Assembly: GCA_905178155.1 (NCBI GenBank)
Contig: CAJINV010000002.1
Location: forward strand, 12,716,568-12,765,286
DNA from: Amoebophrya sp. A120
Taxonomy: Eukaryota; Protista; Dinoflagellata
DNA length: 48,719 nucleotides
Reading direction: 5' to 3'
Every line of letters starts with the position of its first letter. Position 1 is the stretch's first letter. The notes beneath the pieces are model-generated. The model ran no database searches. It was not told where the DNA came from and was given only the letters and a program-made list of their open reading frames with translations. Below, in pieces: positions 48,384 through 48,719 of this stretch. The position numbers and the translations under genes are program-made.

Positions 48384-48719
48384 GTATAATTCATTTCGCG
48401 TACTAGTGCCTCGGTCGATTGCACTGACTTGCATATCGACGAGCGCGGGAAAAGAAGGTGCGCATGGCCACCTTTGACATACGGGATTATCATGCCCTGT
48501 ATTCGAAAAATCAAGTTGTGGGCAAAAATGGAACTACATAATCTGGTAACCAAATGCGGCGCGCGCTCTGCGCGCGCCGGCCCACGAAGCCGGCGCGCGC
48601 GCTCTGCGCGCTTGCGATATTGCTTAGCAAACGCAGCGCGAAGGCAGTTGCCGTTACCATATAGGGCAACCGCCGGGAGGCGTGAAGGTCAGGGAAATGG
48701 CCAGAAATGAAGCGGGAGA

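Noticed and set aside
1-48719. Minus-strand and alternative-frame ORFs, CRISPR arrays, tRNA/rRNA, spliced-leader genes, autonomous transposase
   Set aside because: The minus-strand ORFs are mostly shadows of GC-rich exons. No repeat-spacer array, cloverleaf, rRNA motif, full dinoflagellate spliced leader or DDE transposase ORF was seen by eye.

Overview
Eukaryotic, intron-rich genomic DNA with about 13 protein-coding genes, all on the + strand. Exons are GC-rich and introns are 80-310 nt and AT-richer. The co-oriented gene block and many non-GT-AG introns made of terminal-inverted-repeat (TIR) elements suggest an Amoebophrya-like (Syndiniales) dinoflagellate; this is an inference. Recognisable genes are a CCCH-zinc-finger + YTH CPSF30/CPSF4, an FkbM-type methyltransferase, a CsgA-like short-chain dehydrogenase, a TDP1-type phosphodiesterase and the 5' part of S-adenosylmethionine synthetase. 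The rest are unassigned. The main signal is a population of introner elements. Ten have TAT...ATA termini and perfect 5-bp target-site duplications (TSDs), two of these being copies of one 280-bp family, and about nine more are degenerate. Every one restores the frame if spliced one base outside each TIR end, or equivalently by frame as element + TSD. Decayed ends often keep G-U pairing, and elements with unrelated TIRs share a TGT[C/G/A]ATGC motif. A separate 942-bp PIF/Harbinger-like MITE sits in a 3' splice site. All exon boundaries were derived by hand without transcript data.
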